Source: the human T2T-CHM13v2.0 reference genome, Homo sapiens. Taken from it: a stretch of DNA of 64,000 nt. Under the pieces are notes generated by a model. That model saw nothing but the letters and a program-made list of their open reading frames with translations, ran no database searches and had not been told where the DNA came from. Shown here piece after piece: positions 1-21,602 of the stretch (position 1 is the first letter of the stretch; each line of letters starts with the position of its first letter). The stretch lies in the NCBI RefSeq assembly GCF_009914755.1, contig NC_060925.1. The stretch is one strand, 5' to 3'. The translations under genes were made by a program, and so were the position numbers.

Positions 1-37
1 ACAGACATGAGTAAAACTTGGTCCTTTTTTAAATTTC

Positions 38-862
<825 letters not shown>

Positions 863-1274
863 CCATAAAACTTGGTACTTGCCTATAAGGAGGCTTCGTC
901 CTGCTTCCTGCTGGCTGCCAGGCCTCCTTGCTGGAGGTGCAAAGGAGGAGAACAGTAATAACAGTTAACATTTGCTGAGTGCTTGCTTCATGCCAAGCAC
1001 TGTTTGAATTATTTTTCATGTATTAGTGCATTTCATTTTCCCAGCGAGCCTATGAGGCAGGTCTTGGTAATAGGCCCACTTCACAGCTGAGAAACTTCAG
1101 GCATGCAGAGGCTGGGACGCACAATCAGGCAGCTCCAGAGTCGGAGCTTTAACCACCACCCTGAAATGAGGACTGCCATGAGGGAGGGGGTAAAGGGAGA
1201 AGAGCAGGCGTTGGAGGGAGGGTGAGCTGAGGGGAAGGGGCAAACCAACCTGATCTGCCTCCCTCCTCCTTTAG

Positions 1275-1455
1275 TGCTCAGTGGGCCCCTCCTCTGATAA
1301 GGCCCTGACCTTCATGAAGGACCATTTCCTGATGGATGAGCAAGTGGTGGGGACGCCCCTGCTGGTGAAATCTGGCGTGGAGTATACACGGCTTGCAGTG
1401 GAGACAGCCCAGGGCCTTGATGGGCACAGCCATCTTGTCATGTACCTGGGAACCA
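1275..1455 (+). CDS. SEMA4A: SEMA4A internal coding exon (Sema domain, CSVGPSSDKALTFMKDHFLMDEQVV...MYLGT)
   Basis: TTAG acceptor at 1271-1274 and GTGAG donor at 1456; translation matches semaphorin 4A; phase fits the next exon. Confidence 0.96.
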
Positions 1456-2263
1456 GTGAGTAAAGAGTTCCGGGACATCCCCCAGAGGACTAGAGCAGAG
1501 GATGCCCCCAGGTTGAGGAGGGAAACCCTTGAGTTCATTCACTTATTCATTCAACAACTGTTTACTGAGCACCTGCTATGTGCCTGGCATTCTGCTAGGT
1601 TCTGGAAATACAGCAGAGGAGCAAAACAGTCCACTCCCTACCCTTTCTGAGCTTCCTATGGTGGGGGAGGCAGACAGGGAGGTCTTTGGTGGCTTTATCA
1701 AGAGCTGTGTGTCTTATGAGGGAAGCTATGTTAGAGGAATGAAAGGTGAGTGGGTGGAGGGGAGCTGGAAACCGCACATGTAGAGATCACTCCTTCAGGA
1801 AGCTCGTCTGTGAAGGGAGAGAGGAAGGAGGTGGTGGCTGGAGCACGGAGTGGGGCGCAGCTGGGGTTCTTGGTTTTGTTTTTTCCCCCTCCTTGCCCCC
1901 AGGGTTCTTGTTTTATAGACAGGAAGGACTAAGCATCTAGTAGACAGGGGGATGGCAAAGAGATGGGTAGAAGAAGGGATAAGTGGCAGGTAAAGTTGTG
2001 GCGGGAGCAGGCGGCCAGAGTCCAGGACACATGTCGAGCTGGGCAGCTGTGGGTGGCGGGGGGGACAGCACCTGAGCTGGGCTGGGAGTGAAGCTGTAGC
2101 AGCGGGGTGTGACTTGGTGGGTGTGCAGGCTCAGGGTAGGAAGCCAAGGGAGCTCTTATTTGAAGGCTTTTGTGTTCTCTATGTAGGTGGAGGACACAAG
2201 GTCATGAGCTGGGAGTGAGGGGGCAGGAAAGGTGGGAGGTTTGAGGAGAGAGAGGTAGATTCA

Positions 2264-2570
<307 letters not shown>

Positions 2571-3270
2571 ATAGCCATTGTGGAAAGAGGGAGACGGAGT
2601 CAGCAGAGAATGCAGCAAGACTGCCCAGGCAGACTGCTCAGGCAGGATAACCTTGAGGGTCAGTGGAAGAAATTTGTCAAGTTCATTCATTCCTTCAGGA
2701 CAGATTACTAGGCACTGTATCAGCTGTGCATGTATTGGGTATACAGCAGAGAACAAAACAGTCAAAAATCTCAGTCTTTGTGGAGTGGATGGAGACAGAC
2801 AATAGCATCCTGAATAAGTAAATTACATGGCACATCATGAGATTTGAGTCACGTAGAGGTGTGTGCGGGGGAATCAGGAATGCCAGGTAAGGAGGTTGCA
2901 CCTGTTAAAAGGGTGGCCAGGTAGACCTCACTGAGGTGCTTGATGGATGTGAGGGAGGCAGGTGATGTGATTTTCTACAGAAGCACCCAGCCGCCCACTG
3001 TTTCATGCCTATGGAGAAATAGCTGGGTTTCTCCAGGGACAAAGTTTTGTCAGGGAGTTGCAAAGGAAGGACAGGGGTCCAAGGGATTTTAGTCATTTAC
3101 AAGAGACTGCCATCTCCATGGCACAGAGGAAGGTGAATGATCTGGCTGACCCGCGCCCAGTACATATCACCCTCAGAAGGAGCTTTCTTACAGCTGGGGA
3201 GGCCCCCGGAAGTTGGGAAGGGATCTGTGGATGAGATGAGATGACTTCCACTCTCTCTGTCTCCCCATAG

Positions 3271-3389
3271 CCACAGGGTCGCTCCACAAGGCTGTGGTAA
3301 GTGGGGACAGCAGTGCTCATCTGGTGGAAGAGATTCAGCTGTTCCCTGACCCTGAACCTGTTCGCAACCTGCAGCTGGCCCCCACCCAG
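3271..3389 (+). CDS. SEMA4A: SEMA4A coding exon (TTGSLHKAVVSGDSSAHLVEEIQLFPDPEPVRNLQLAPTQ)
   Basis: Polypyrimidine tract plus ATAG acceptor; CAG|GTGGG donor; Sema-domain sequence. Confidence 0.96.
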
Positions 3390-3534
3390 GTGGGAAGGGA
3401 CCTGACCATCAAATGGCCTTCCAGTGGGGCTGGCCTTGGGGGCCTGTTGGGCTGGCTCCCTGGGCCTGCACCAGCGTGCTGGGACTTTACTAGATGTGGC
3501 TGGGGCTCCCTGACAATCTCCATCTCTCTTCCAG

Positions 3535-3692
3535 GGTGCAGTGTTTGTAGGCTTCTCAGGAGGTGTCTGGAGGGTGCCCCGAGCCAACTGTAGTGTCTAT
3601 GAGAGCTGTGTGGACTGTGTCCTTGCCCGGGACCCCCACTGTGCCTGGGACCCTGAGTCCCGAACCTGTTGCCTCCTGTCTGCCCCCAACCT
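3535..3692 (+). CDS. SEMA4A: SEMA4A coding exon (end of Sema and PSI domain, GAVFVGFSGGVWRVPRANCSVYESCVDCVLARDPHCAWD)
   Basis: CCAG acceptor, GTGAG donor at 3693; PSI cysteine pattern CxxCxxxxDPxCxW. Confidence 0.96.
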
Positions 3693-4004
3693 GTGAGTGC
3701 CAGTCCTGGATGGTGGCCTGGATGGCCAGCCAGGACCCTTCTCAGCCAGCTTCTGCTACTGTTCTTCCTCTCTCCAGGGGCTACTGACATATTCACTCCA
3801 AGAGTCCTCCCATCCTGCAGTGGGTTCCTCCAGGGATGGAGTTTCCAGGCAGTTTTGAAGCTGCTCTGGCCATTCCGCGTTCCTCTCTCTGTTCCTAGTC
3901 TCCCCTGGCCTACCTTCTTCCCTACTGCACTTCCTCCCTTCCTCCTTCCTCTTCCCACTTTCAGCTCTTTTGAAGGATAATTTTTACTTTCTCTGCTCTC
4001 TTAG

Positions 4005-4105
4005 GAACTCCTGGAAGCAGGACATGGAGCGGGGGAACCCAGAGTGGGCATGTGCCAGTGGCCCCATGAGCAGGAGCCTTCGGCCTCAGAGCCGCCCGCA
4101 AATCA
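4005..4105 (+). CDS. SEMA4A: SEMA4A coding exon (NSWKQDMERGNPEWACASGPMSRSLRPQSRPQI)
   Basis: TTAG acceptor, GTGAG donor at 4106; phase consistent with flanking exons. Confidence 0.95.
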
Positions 4106-4853
4106 GTGAGTGTAGGACCACTCACCAGGGGAGGTGCAAAGGCTCTGGAAGACTTTTGGGCAGGGGTGGGCATTCCTGCTCCAATTTCCTCCCCCAGCAC
4201 CTGCCTGGCTTGAGATCTGAACACCCGAGTTGGGATGGATTTGGGTCCTGGCTATAGGGAAGAGGCATAGGAATTCTGAGCTGGAGGCCAAGCTGGGATT
4301 CAGGATTGAGGTTGCAGTTGATTTTGGTGTCTGAGTTGGAGTTAGGTGGACTGGGGCTTAGTTTGGGGTCCAGACTGGAGATTAAGGAGGAGTGAAATTT
4401 GAGTTTGGGATTGAAATGGAAGTTGGAGATAAGAGTTAGGGTCCAGGCCAGGCTCAGTGGCTCACTCCTGTAATACCAGCACTTTGAGAGGCTGAGGCGG
4501 GACTCCCTTCTACCATTGTTTGAGCTCATGAGTTTCAGACCAGCCTGGCCAACATGGTAAAACCCCATCTCTACAAAAATTAACCAGGCGTGGAAACACA
4601 TGCCTGTAGTCCCAGCTATTCGGGAGGCTGGGGTGGAAGGATGCCTTGAGCCCAGAAGGCAGAGGTTGCAGTGAGCTGAGGTTGCAGTGAGCTGAGGTTG
4701 TGCCACTGCACTCCAGCCTGGGCAATAGAGCCAGAACCTGCCTCAAAAAAAAAAAAAAAAGAGGGCTGGGGTCCAAAGATAGGTTAGAGACTCTCTCCTG
4801 TCTCCATCCTTCACTTCTCCCTTAACCCTTTTGCTCCTTTCTTTCTCCTACAG

Positions 4854-5446
4854 TTAAAGAAGTCCTGGCTGTCCCCAACTCCATCCTGGAGCTCCCCTGC
4901 CCCCACCTGTCAGCCTTGGCCTCTTATTATTGGAGTCATGGCCCAGCAGCAGTCCCAGAAGCCTCTTCCACTGTCTACAATGGCTCCCTCTTGCTGATAG
5001 TGCAGGATGGAGTTGGGGGTCTCTACCAGTGCTGGGCAACTGAGAATGGCTTTTCATACCCTGTGATCTCCTACTGGGTGGACAGCCAGGACCAGACCCT
5101 GGCCCTGGATCCTGAACTGGCAGGCATCCCCCGGGAGCATGTGAAGGTCCCGTTGACCAGGGTCAGTGGTGGGGCCGCCCTGGCTGCCCAGCAGTCCTAC
5201 TGGCCCCACTTTGTCACTGTCACTGTCCTCTTTGCCTTAGTGCTTTCAGGAGCCCTCATCATCCTCGTGGCCTCCCCATTGAGAGCACTCCGGGCTCGGG
5301 GCAAGGTTCAGGGCTGTGAGACCCTGCGCCCTGGGGAGAAGGCCCCGTTAAGCAGAGAGCAACACCTCCAGTCTCCCAAGGAATGCAGGACCTCTGCCAG
5401 TGATGTGGACGCTGACAACAACTGCCTAGGCACTGAGGTAGCTTAA
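4854..5446 (+). CDS. SEMA4A: SEMA4A last coding exon (Ig-like domain, transmembrane helix, cytoplasmic tail ending CLGTEVA*)
   Basis: Long polypyrimidine tract plus CAG acceptor; ORF 4916..5446 contains Ig motif GLYQC and a hydrophobic TM segment; TAA stop. Confidence 0.97.
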
Positions 5447-6174
5447 ACTCTAGGCACAGGCCGGGGCTGCGGTGCAGGCACCTGGCCATGCTGGCTGGGC
5501 GGCCCAAGCACAGCCCTGACTAGGATGACAGCAGCACAAAAGACCACCTTTCTCCCCTGAGAGGAGCTTCTGCTACTCTGCATCACTGATGACACTCAGC
5601 AGGGTGATGCACAGCAGTCTGCCTCCCCTATGGGACTCCCTTCTACCAAGCACATGAGCTCTCTAACAGGGTGGGGGCTACCCCCAGACCTGCTCCTACA
5701 CTGATATTGAAGAACCTGGAGAGGATCCTTCAGTTCTGGCCATTCCAGGGACCCTCCAGAAACACAGTGTTTCAAGAGACCCTAAAAAACCTGCCTGTCC
5801 CAGGACCCTATGGTAATGAACACCAAACATCTAAACAATCATATGCTAACATGCCACTCCTGGAAACTCCACTCTGAAGCTGCCGCTTTGGACACCAACA
5901 CTCCCTTCTCCCAGGGTCATGCAGGGATCTGCTCCCTCCTGCTTCCCTTACCAGTCGTGCACCGCTGACTCCCAGGAAGTCTTTCCTGAAGTCTGACCAC
6001 CTTTCTTCTTGCTTCAGTTGGGGCAGACTCTGATCCCTTCTGCCCTGGCAGAATGGCAGGGGTAATCTGAGCCTTCTTCACTCCTTTACCCTAGCTGACC
6101 CCTTCACCTCTCCCCCTCCCTTTTCCTTTGTTTTGGGATTCAGAAAACTGCTTGTCAGAGACTGTTTATTTTTT

Positions 6175-6180
6175 ATTAAA
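6175..6180 (+). terminator. SEMA4A: SEMA4A polyadenylation signal (ATTAAA variant); 3' UTR about 5447-6200
   Basis: ATTAAA preceded by a U-rich stretch and followed by GT-rich sequence. Confidence 0.75.
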
Positions 6181-7560
6181 AATATAAGGCTTATGTATGA
6201 TGGGTGCTGTGTTTGCTGGAGCAGAGTGCTCCGGCAGAGAATTGCTGGGATGTCAAGGGAGCAAGCAGTCCAAGCACATCAGTTGGGAGGAGGACTAGGT
6301 TTGTGGGGGGATTGTTCTCTCCAACTCCAGACTACCTCCTCTGCCCTGCCAGCTCCCCACCCAGAACCAGCCCACCCAGAACCAGCCCACAGCACTTTCC
6401 TCCACTCTGAGCATTGCTAGAGGGTGCTGCAAACTTTTGCCTTTTGGGCCAACCACAGGTTGGTGTTGACCAGGCTCAGCTTGTATCCTTCTGCTAGACA
6501 GGCGATACCTCATCCATCACTAACTCCCCTGCTGCGGCCCCCACAGTTGCTGTCCACACCTCTCCCACACTTCTCGTGACTCCAATTCAGCCCTGCTTCC
6601 CCACTGCAGCAGTTGGCTTCAACTGTTGGTAGACAAATTTATAGAAAGACTGTGCATCCACCCCCATCCTGGCCACATCTCTCTCAGTATCTGATAATGC
6701 TCTGTCCACACCTCCACACCACCTTCCTCCTCTACCCTCTGTCACAAAGGCACAGGTCCCTCTTCCACCAAGACTAACCAGCACATCTCTCCCCCCATCA
6801 CTGCCAGGGATCTGTTCTCTAATCATCTGACCTCCAGCATCCCCACTCGCTTTACCCACTTCCTCATCTTTCATCTCTCCTCTCCCACCTACAGGTGTGT
6901 TCAGGCGTTCTCTAGATAAAAAAACAACAGAACACTAATCTTACCACAAACTCTATCCATTCACGTCACCCCCACTCAGTCTCTCTTTCCTGGTACCACC
7001 AAACATGGGAGTGAGTCCATTCTGGCTGCCCCCACCTCCCTCCAGTGTCGCCTGAGCTCTCTCCAATCCCCTGAGGTCTAGCTTCTTTCCCCACCTTTCT
7101 GCTCAAATGGCTCTCTCCGAAACTACCCATAAACCCCTAATGCCAAATCTGACCTTGGTGTGTGTATGCCCCTCACATATTGACCACCCCATTCTCACAA
7201 TTTTCTTCTATTATGTGTTCTCAAATTTTTTTTAATTTAAATCTTGGTTAAAAAAAAAACAAACCATACAACGTACCCCCTTAGCCATAAAAAAAAAAAA
7301 AAAGAAAAAAAAAAAAAGGCCTGGCACAGTGGATCATGCCTGTAATTCCAGCATTTTGGGAGGCCGAGGTGGGTGGATCACCTGAGGTCAGGAGTTCAAG
7401 ACCCACCTGGCCAACATAGCGAGACCCCATTTCTACTAAAAGTACAAAAAATTAGCCAGGTGTGGTGGCAGGCACCTGTAGTCCCAGCTACTCTGGAGGC
7501 TAAGGTAAGAGAATAACTTGAACCCAGGAGGCAGAGTCTGCCGTGAGCCGAGATTGCGCC

Positions 7561-7562
<2 letters not shown>

Positions 7563-7614
<52 letters not shown>

Positions 7615-7619
7615 TGTGT
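7563..7619. repeat. (TG)n microsatellite between a truncated sense Alu and an antisense Alu
   Basis: Seen directly. Confidence 0.95.
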
Positions 7620-7671
7620 ATTTTTTGAAACAGAGTCTTGCTCTGTCGCCCAGGCTGGAGTGCAGTGGCAC

Positions 7672-8639
7672 TGTGGGGAAAAGCAAGAGAGATCAGATTG
7701 TTACTGTGTCTGTGTAGAAAGAAGTAGACATAGGAGACTCCATTTTGTTATGTACTAAGAAAAATTCTTCTGCCTTGAGATTCTGTTAATCTATAACCTT
7801 ACCCCCAACCCCATGCTCTCTGAAACGTGTGCTGTGTCAACTCAGAGTTAAATGGATTAAGGGCGGTGCAGGATGTGCTTTGTTAAACAGATGCTTGAAG
7901 GCAGCATGCTCCTTAAGAGTCATCACCACTCCCTAATCTCAAGTACCCAGGGACACAAAAACTGCGGAAGGCCGCAGGGACCTCTGCCTAGGAAAGCCAG
8001 GTATTGTCCAAGGTTTCTCCCCATGTGATAGTCTGAAATATGGCCTCGTGGGAAGGGAAAGACCTGACCGTCCCCCAGCCCGACACCCGTAAAGGGTCTG
8101 TGCTGAGGAGGATTAGTAAAAGAGGAAGGAATGCCTCTTGCAGTTGAGACAAGAGGAAGGCATCTGTCTCCTGCCTTTCCCTGGGCAATGGAATGTCTCG
8201 GTATAAAACCCGATTGTATGCTCCATCTACTGAGATAGGGAAAAACCGCCTTAGGGCTGGAGGTGGGACCTGCGGGCAGCAATACTGCTTTGTAAAGCAT
8301 TGAGATGTTTATGTGTATGCATATCTAAAAGCACAGCACTTAATCCTTTACATTGTCTATGATGCCAAGACCTTTGTTCACGTGTTTGTCTGCTGACCCT
8401 CTCCCCACAATTGTCTTGTGACCCTGACACATCCCCCTCTTTGAGAAACACCCACAGATGATCAATAAATACTAAGGGAACTCAGAGGCTGGCGGGATCC
8501 TCCATATGCTGAACGCTGGTTCCCCGGGTCCCCTTCTTTCTTTCTCTATACTTTGTCTCTGTGTCTTTTTCTTTTCCAAATCTCTCGTCCCACCTTACGA
8601 GAAACACCCACAGGTGTGTAGGGGCAACCCACCCCTACA
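7672..8639 (+). mobile_element. HERV-K(HML-2) LTR5_Hs solo LTR, 968 bp, inserted into an antisense Alu
   Basis: Starts TGTGGGGAAAAGCAAGAGAGATCAG, ends CCCCTACA; 6-bp TSD TGGCAC (7666-7671, 8640-8645); Alu sequence resumes on both sides; AATAAA at 8464. Confidence 0.95.
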
Positions 8640-9214
8640 TGGCACAATCTCAGCTCACTGCAGCCTCTGCCTCCCAGGTTCAAGCGATTATCCTGCCTCA
8701 GCCTCCTGAGTAGCTGGGACTACAGGCGCCTGCCACCACACCCAGCTAATTTTTGTATTTTTAGTAGAAACATGCTTTCACCATGTTGGTCAGGTGGGTC
8801 TGGAACTCCTGGACTCAGCTGATCCGCCCGCCTCGGCCTCCCAAACTGCTGGGATTACAGGTGTGAGCCACTGCGCCCAGCCTAACAAGTACATATTTAT
8901 TTTTTAAAATTAGAGACGGAGTCTGACTGTCACCCAGTCTGGAGTGCAATGGCGTGATCCTAGCTCACTGCAGCCTCATACTCCTGGGCTTAAGGGATTC
9001 TCCTGCCTCAGCCTCTTGAGTAGTTAGGACTACAGGCACATGCCACCACACCTGGCTATTTTTTTTTTTTTAGAGATGGGGTCTTGCTATATTGCCCAGG
9101 CTGTCCCGAATTCCTGTCCTCAAGCAACACCCCTCCCTCAGCCTCCCTAAATGCTGGGATTACAGGCATGAGCCACCATGCCCACCCCCAACCCTTCTTA
9201 GCCATCTCTACCTA

Positions 9215-9376
<162 letters not shown>

Positions 9377-9420
9377 CTAAAAATAATAATAATAATACGA
9401 AAAATAAAATATATTAACTA

Positions 9421-9880
<460 letters not shown>

Positions 9881-9909
9881 TCAACTGTATAAATAAGTAA
9901 GCTAGGTAG

Positions 9910-10870
9910 TGTGGGGAAAAGAAAGAGATCAGATTGTTACTGTGTCTGTGTAGAAATAAGTAGGCATAGGAGACTCCATTTTGTTCTGTACTAAGAAAAA
10001 TTCTTCTGCCTTGAGATTCTGTTAATCTATAACCTTACCCCCAACCCCGTGTTCTCTGAAACATGTGCTGTGTCAAACTCAGGTTTAAATGGATTAAGGG
10101 CGGTGCAAGATGTGCTTTGTTAAACAGATGCTTGAAGGCAGCATGCTCGTTGAGAGTCATCACCACTCCCTAATCTCAAGTTCCCAGGGACACAAAACAC
10201 TGCGGAAGGCGGCAGGGCCCCCTGCCTAGGAAAGCCAGGTATTGTCCGAGGTTTCTCCCCATGTGATAGTCTGAAATGTGGCCTCATGGGAAGGGAAAGA
10301 CCTGACCGTCCCCCAGCCTGACACCCGTAAAGGGTCTGTGCTGAGGAGGATTAGTATAAGAGGAAGGCATGCCTCTTGCAGTTGAGACAAGAGGAAGGCA
10401 TCTGTCTCCTGCCTTTCCCTGGGCAATGGAATGTCTCAGTATAAAACCCGATTGTACGTTCCATCTACTGAGATAGGGAAAAACCGCCTTAGGGCTGGAG
10501 GTGGGACATGCGGGCAACAATACTGCTCTGTAAGGCATTGAGATGTTTATGTGTATGCATATCTAAAGCACAGCACTTAATTCTTTACCTTGTCTGTGAT
10601 GCAGAGACCTTTGTTCACGTGTTTATCTGCTGACCTTCTCTCCACTATTATCCTATGACCCTGACACATCCTCCTCTCCGAGAAACACCCAAGAATGATC
10701 AATAAATACTAAGGGAACTCAGAGGCTGGCAGGATTCTCCGTATGCTGAACCCTGGTCCCCTGGGCCCCCTTATTTCTTTCTCTATACTTTGTGTCTTTT
10801 TCTTTTCCAAGTCTCTCGTTCCACCTAACGAGAAACACCCACAGGTGTGGAGGGGCAACCCACCCCTTCA
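9910..10870 (+). mobile_element. Second HERV-K(HML-2) LTR5 solo LTR (older-looking LTR5_Hs/LTR5-type), 961 bp
   Basis: TGTGGGGAAAAG...CCCCTTCA ends; own 6-bp TSD AGGTAG (9904-9909, 10871-10876); highly similar to, but distinct from, 7672-8639. Confidence 0.93.
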
Positions 10871-11119
10871 AGGTAGGGTACATTAGATGATGATGTACTA
10901 CAGGGAAAAAATGGATCTGGGGAAAGCAGTTTGGGAGTAGGAAGGGTGTCTACAATTGTTTTTTGTTACAGTTAACAGGGTCTCACTCCGTTGCCCAGGC
11001 TGCAGTGCAGTGGCTCAGTTGTAGCTCACTGCACCCTCAACCTCTTGAGCCCAAGTGAGCTTCCTGCTTAGCCTCCCAAGTGGGTGGGACTATAGGCATG
11101 TGCTATCATGGCTGGCTAA

Positions 11120-11460
<341 letters not shown>

Positions 11461-11953
11461 TAGAGACAGGATCTTACTATGTTTCCCAGGCTGTTCTTGA
11501 AATCCTGGACTTAAGCAATCCTCACTCCTTGGCCTCCCAAAGTGCTGGGATTACAGGCATGAGCCACATTGCCTGCCTTTTTTTTTTTTTCTTTTTTGAG
11601 ATGGAGTCCCACTCTGTCGCCTAAGCTAGAGTGCTGCAGTGGCATGATCTTGGCTCCCTGCAACCTCTGCCTCCCAGGTTCAAGTGATTCTCCTGGCTCA
11701 ACCTCCTGAATAGCTGGGATTACAGGTACCTGCCACCATGCCTGGGTAATTTTTGTATTTTTAATAGAGACAGAGTTTTGCCATGTTGGCCAGGCTGGTC
11801 TCGAACTCCTCAGGTGATCTGCCCACTCGGCCTGCCAAAGTGCTGGGATTACAGGTGTGAGCCAAGGCCCCCGGCCCTTTTTTTTTTTTTTTTTAGAGAT
11901 GGGGTTCTCATTATGTTTCTCAGGCTGGTCTTGAAGCAATCCTCTCACTTTAG

Positions 11954-12229
<276 letters not shown>

Positions 12230-12404
12230 TGAACTCCTGACCTCGTGATCCACCCACCTTGGCCTCCCAAAGTGCTGGGATTACAGGCGTGAGCCACCGC
12301 GCCTGGCCACAAGTAGATTTTATATATACATGTTGTCAAGTCTGTCCCACAGACTCTGGCCGAGCAATGAATGAAAGGAGTACTCAGACACGGGTATCCA
12401 GTGA

Positions 12405-12626
<222 letters not shown>

Positions 12627-13519
12627 TAAATATTTTTAGGAGAGACGGGTTTCACCACTTTAGCCAGGATGGTCCCGATCTCCTGACCTTGTGATCCGCC
12701 CACCTCGGCCTCCCAAAGTGCTGGGATTACAGGCGTGAGCCACTGTGCCCGGCCTATTTAGTACAGATTTAACGACAAGGGCTTGGAGCAAACACAATTT
12801 GTGGGTAATAAACATTGTCGACCCCCCAAGTAGAGAGCAGTCCTGCAGGCGAATGATCAAAGGTTGGTTTCTGCAGACAGGAGTAAACAAATTTATCTAG
12901 ATAAGTTCCTTTACATTCCCTTGTTATCTACCCTTTGCTCTCAGGCTCTGGATAAGAGAATTTGGCTGCCTTCAGCCAAATTTTATTTCGAAGCTTTTGC
13001 AAAACCTCCCGGCCTTCCAAGAAGGTTTGTGTCTTTCCCTATAATTTCTTCCACCACCCTGACCAATTTCCTACATCTCCCCCTTTTCTGTTTTTTGCAT
13101 CAGGTTTTGTTGATTGAAGAGTACAGATGTGTGCAGCAACAGGTTTGTCAGGCGTAGCGGTCACTGCTTGTATTTTGGCTTTGCATCCTAGAATTAGTAA
13201 ATAACGTAAGACAAACCTGAGTATAATCAGTAACATTCCTTTCCAATCAAGGAGTGACATGTAGTGTTACCTAGCACCTCAGTCTAATGTGTGCCATTAC
13301 TGAGGAACCCCACTTGGGGTAAGTCAATCCCTTCTAGCCTAGCAGTTGCTTTATTAGAAGCTGGGAAGGGGGTGTTTGTCTAAGTAACAGGGTGGAAGAA
13401 AGGCAGAATTAGAAGATGGGCCTAATAGAGTGTAGCAGGTACAGGTAGTAGGCAAAGTGAGAGAATAAAAAAGGAACAAATTATTTGGAGTGAACATGTT
13501 TGTGTTTGGAGCAGGATTC

Positions 13520-16520
<3,001 letters not shown>

Positions 16521-16530
16521 GTTGTTTACA

Positions 16531-17544
<1,014 letters not shown>

Positions 17545-17676
17545 GATGAAACCCTAGCATGAACAATTCCCTTGAATTTGGAAATCCCAAGTGGGCACCA
17601 ATGACTTACTGACTTACTGACCGCACAGTCTCTTCACCTTCGTTTTCGAGGGTTCCATTGCAATCCATTGCAGCAC

Positions 17677-17694
17677 TTCTCACATGGGGCACCA
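17677..17694 (-). other. Primer binding site TGGTGCCCCATGTGAGAA, resembling the elongator tRNA-Met complement (reported for HML-5)
   Basis: Lies 2 nt after the 5' LTR end; differs at 2 positions from TGGTGCCCCGTGTGAGGA as recalled. Confidence 0.75.
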
Positions 17695-18226
17695 CCTGCT
17701 AAGTCTGTCCCTCAGACTCTAGCCCAGCGATGAATGAAAGGAGTACTCAGACATAGGTATCCAGTGAAAGAGCGGGATAGGGAACTACCAGCACTAGGGG
17801 CCGAAGAGAGTTCGCAGCCCCACTAAGCTGGTGACACTCACATTTATTTAGTACAGATTTAATGACAAAGGCTTGGGGCAAACACAATTTGTGGGTAATA
17901 AACATTGTCACCCCCCCAAGTAGAGACCAGTCCTGTGTGTGAATGATCAAAGGTTTGTTTCTGGAGACAGGAGTAAACAAATTTATCTAGGTTAGTTCCT
18001 TTATATTCCCTTGTTATCTACCCTTTGCTCTCAGGCTCCGAATAAGAGAATTTGGCTGCCTTCAGCCAAATTTTCTTTCGAAGCTTTGCAAAACCTCCCA
18101 GCCTTCCAAGAACGTTTGTGTCTTTCCCTGTAATTTCTCCCATCACCCTGACCGCTCTCCTACAATATATAAAATTTATAATATATAAAAAGTATTATAA
18201 ATAATGTGTAAAATATGTATATATAG

Positions 18227-19240
<1,014 letters not shown>

Positions 19241-19326
19241 CTAAGATTGAAATGTCCATTAGATATTTTAAGGCAGTTATAAATAAGTCTGGAGTTTAGA
19301 AGGAGGGACCCATCCTAGAAATATCA

Positions 19327-20490
<1,164 letters not shown>

Positions 20491-20615
20491 TTTCCTTTTA
20501 TTTCTTTTATTTCACCTGTGACTATAGACAGGCTCCAAAGAGGAGTTTTCCAGTCTCTTTCCTGGGTTTAATGGAGACTTACCTTACCCTTCTGTGTTAT
20601 TTTTTAATTTGGTTG

Positions 20616-21602
20616 TGTGGGCGGCAAGCCACCCAGGTGCCGACACAAGAGACCGAGGACATGAGCTGTTCCAGTATAATAAAATATAAAATAAGAATAG
20701 TTATACCAGATATAGATCTTAGATATGATTATATATATCATTAATCAGTAGTTTGTAGCAATTACTCTTTATTCCAATATTATAATAATCCTCGCTCTAT
20801 AATCATAACCTAGGAAAAACCAGGCCATACAGAGATAGGAGCTGAGGAGACATAGTGAGAAGTGACCAGAAAACAAGAGTGTGAGCCTTCTGTTATGCCC
20901 AGACAGGGCCACCAAAGGGCTCCTTGGTCTAGCGGTAATGCCAGCGTCTGGGAAGATGCCCCTTGCCAAGCGGACCGTGGTCTAGCAGTAGCGGACCGGG
21001 AAAGGGAGTCTTCCTTTCCCCGGGGGAGTTTAGAGAAGACTCTACTCCTCCACCTCTTGTGGAAGGCCTGACATTAGTCAGGCCCGCCCGCGGTTATCCG
21101 GAGGCCTAACCGTCTCCCTGTGATGCTGTGCTTCAGTGGTCACGCTCCTAGTCTGCCTTGATGTTCCATCTTGTACACCTGGCTCTGCCTTTTAGTTAGC
21201 AGTAGCAAATTAGCGAAAATACTAAAAATCTCTGATAAGCAGAAATAATAGTGTAAGCTGTTTCTCTCTTTCTCCTCTCTCTCTCTCTGCCTCGGCTGCC
21301 AGGCAGGAAAGGGCCCCCTGTCCAGTGGACACGTGACCCATGTGGCCTTACCTATCATTGGAGATGGCTCACACTCCTTATCCTGCCCCTTTGTCTCGTA
21401 TCCAATAAATATCAGCGCAGCCTGGCATTCGGGGCCACTACCGGTCTCCGCGTCTTGGTGGTAGTGGTCCCCCGGGCCCAGCGGTCTTTTATCTCTTTGT
21501 CTTGTGTCTCTATTTCTACACTCTCTCGTCTCCGCACACGAGGAGAAAACCCACTAACCCTGTCATTTTTCTCCACCTTAATGTCATTTTTCTCCACCTT
21601 CA
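20616..21602 (+). mobile_element. LTR13 (HERV-K13/HML-4) solo LTR with altered 3' end
   Basis: Starts TGTGGGCGGCAAGCCACCCAGGTGCCG; AATAAA at 21404; GGTTG on both flanks (20611-20615, 21603-21607). Confidence 0.8.

Noticed and set aside
4270-4445. Degenerate G/T-rich hexamer periodicity resembling telomeric repeat in a SEMA4A intron
   Set aside because: Too degenerate, with only a single TTAGGG; best treated as low complexity.
6356-6390. 15-bp tandem repeat CCCACCCAGAACCAG x2.3 downstream of SEMA4A
   Set aside because: Ordinary slippage duplication with no further structure.
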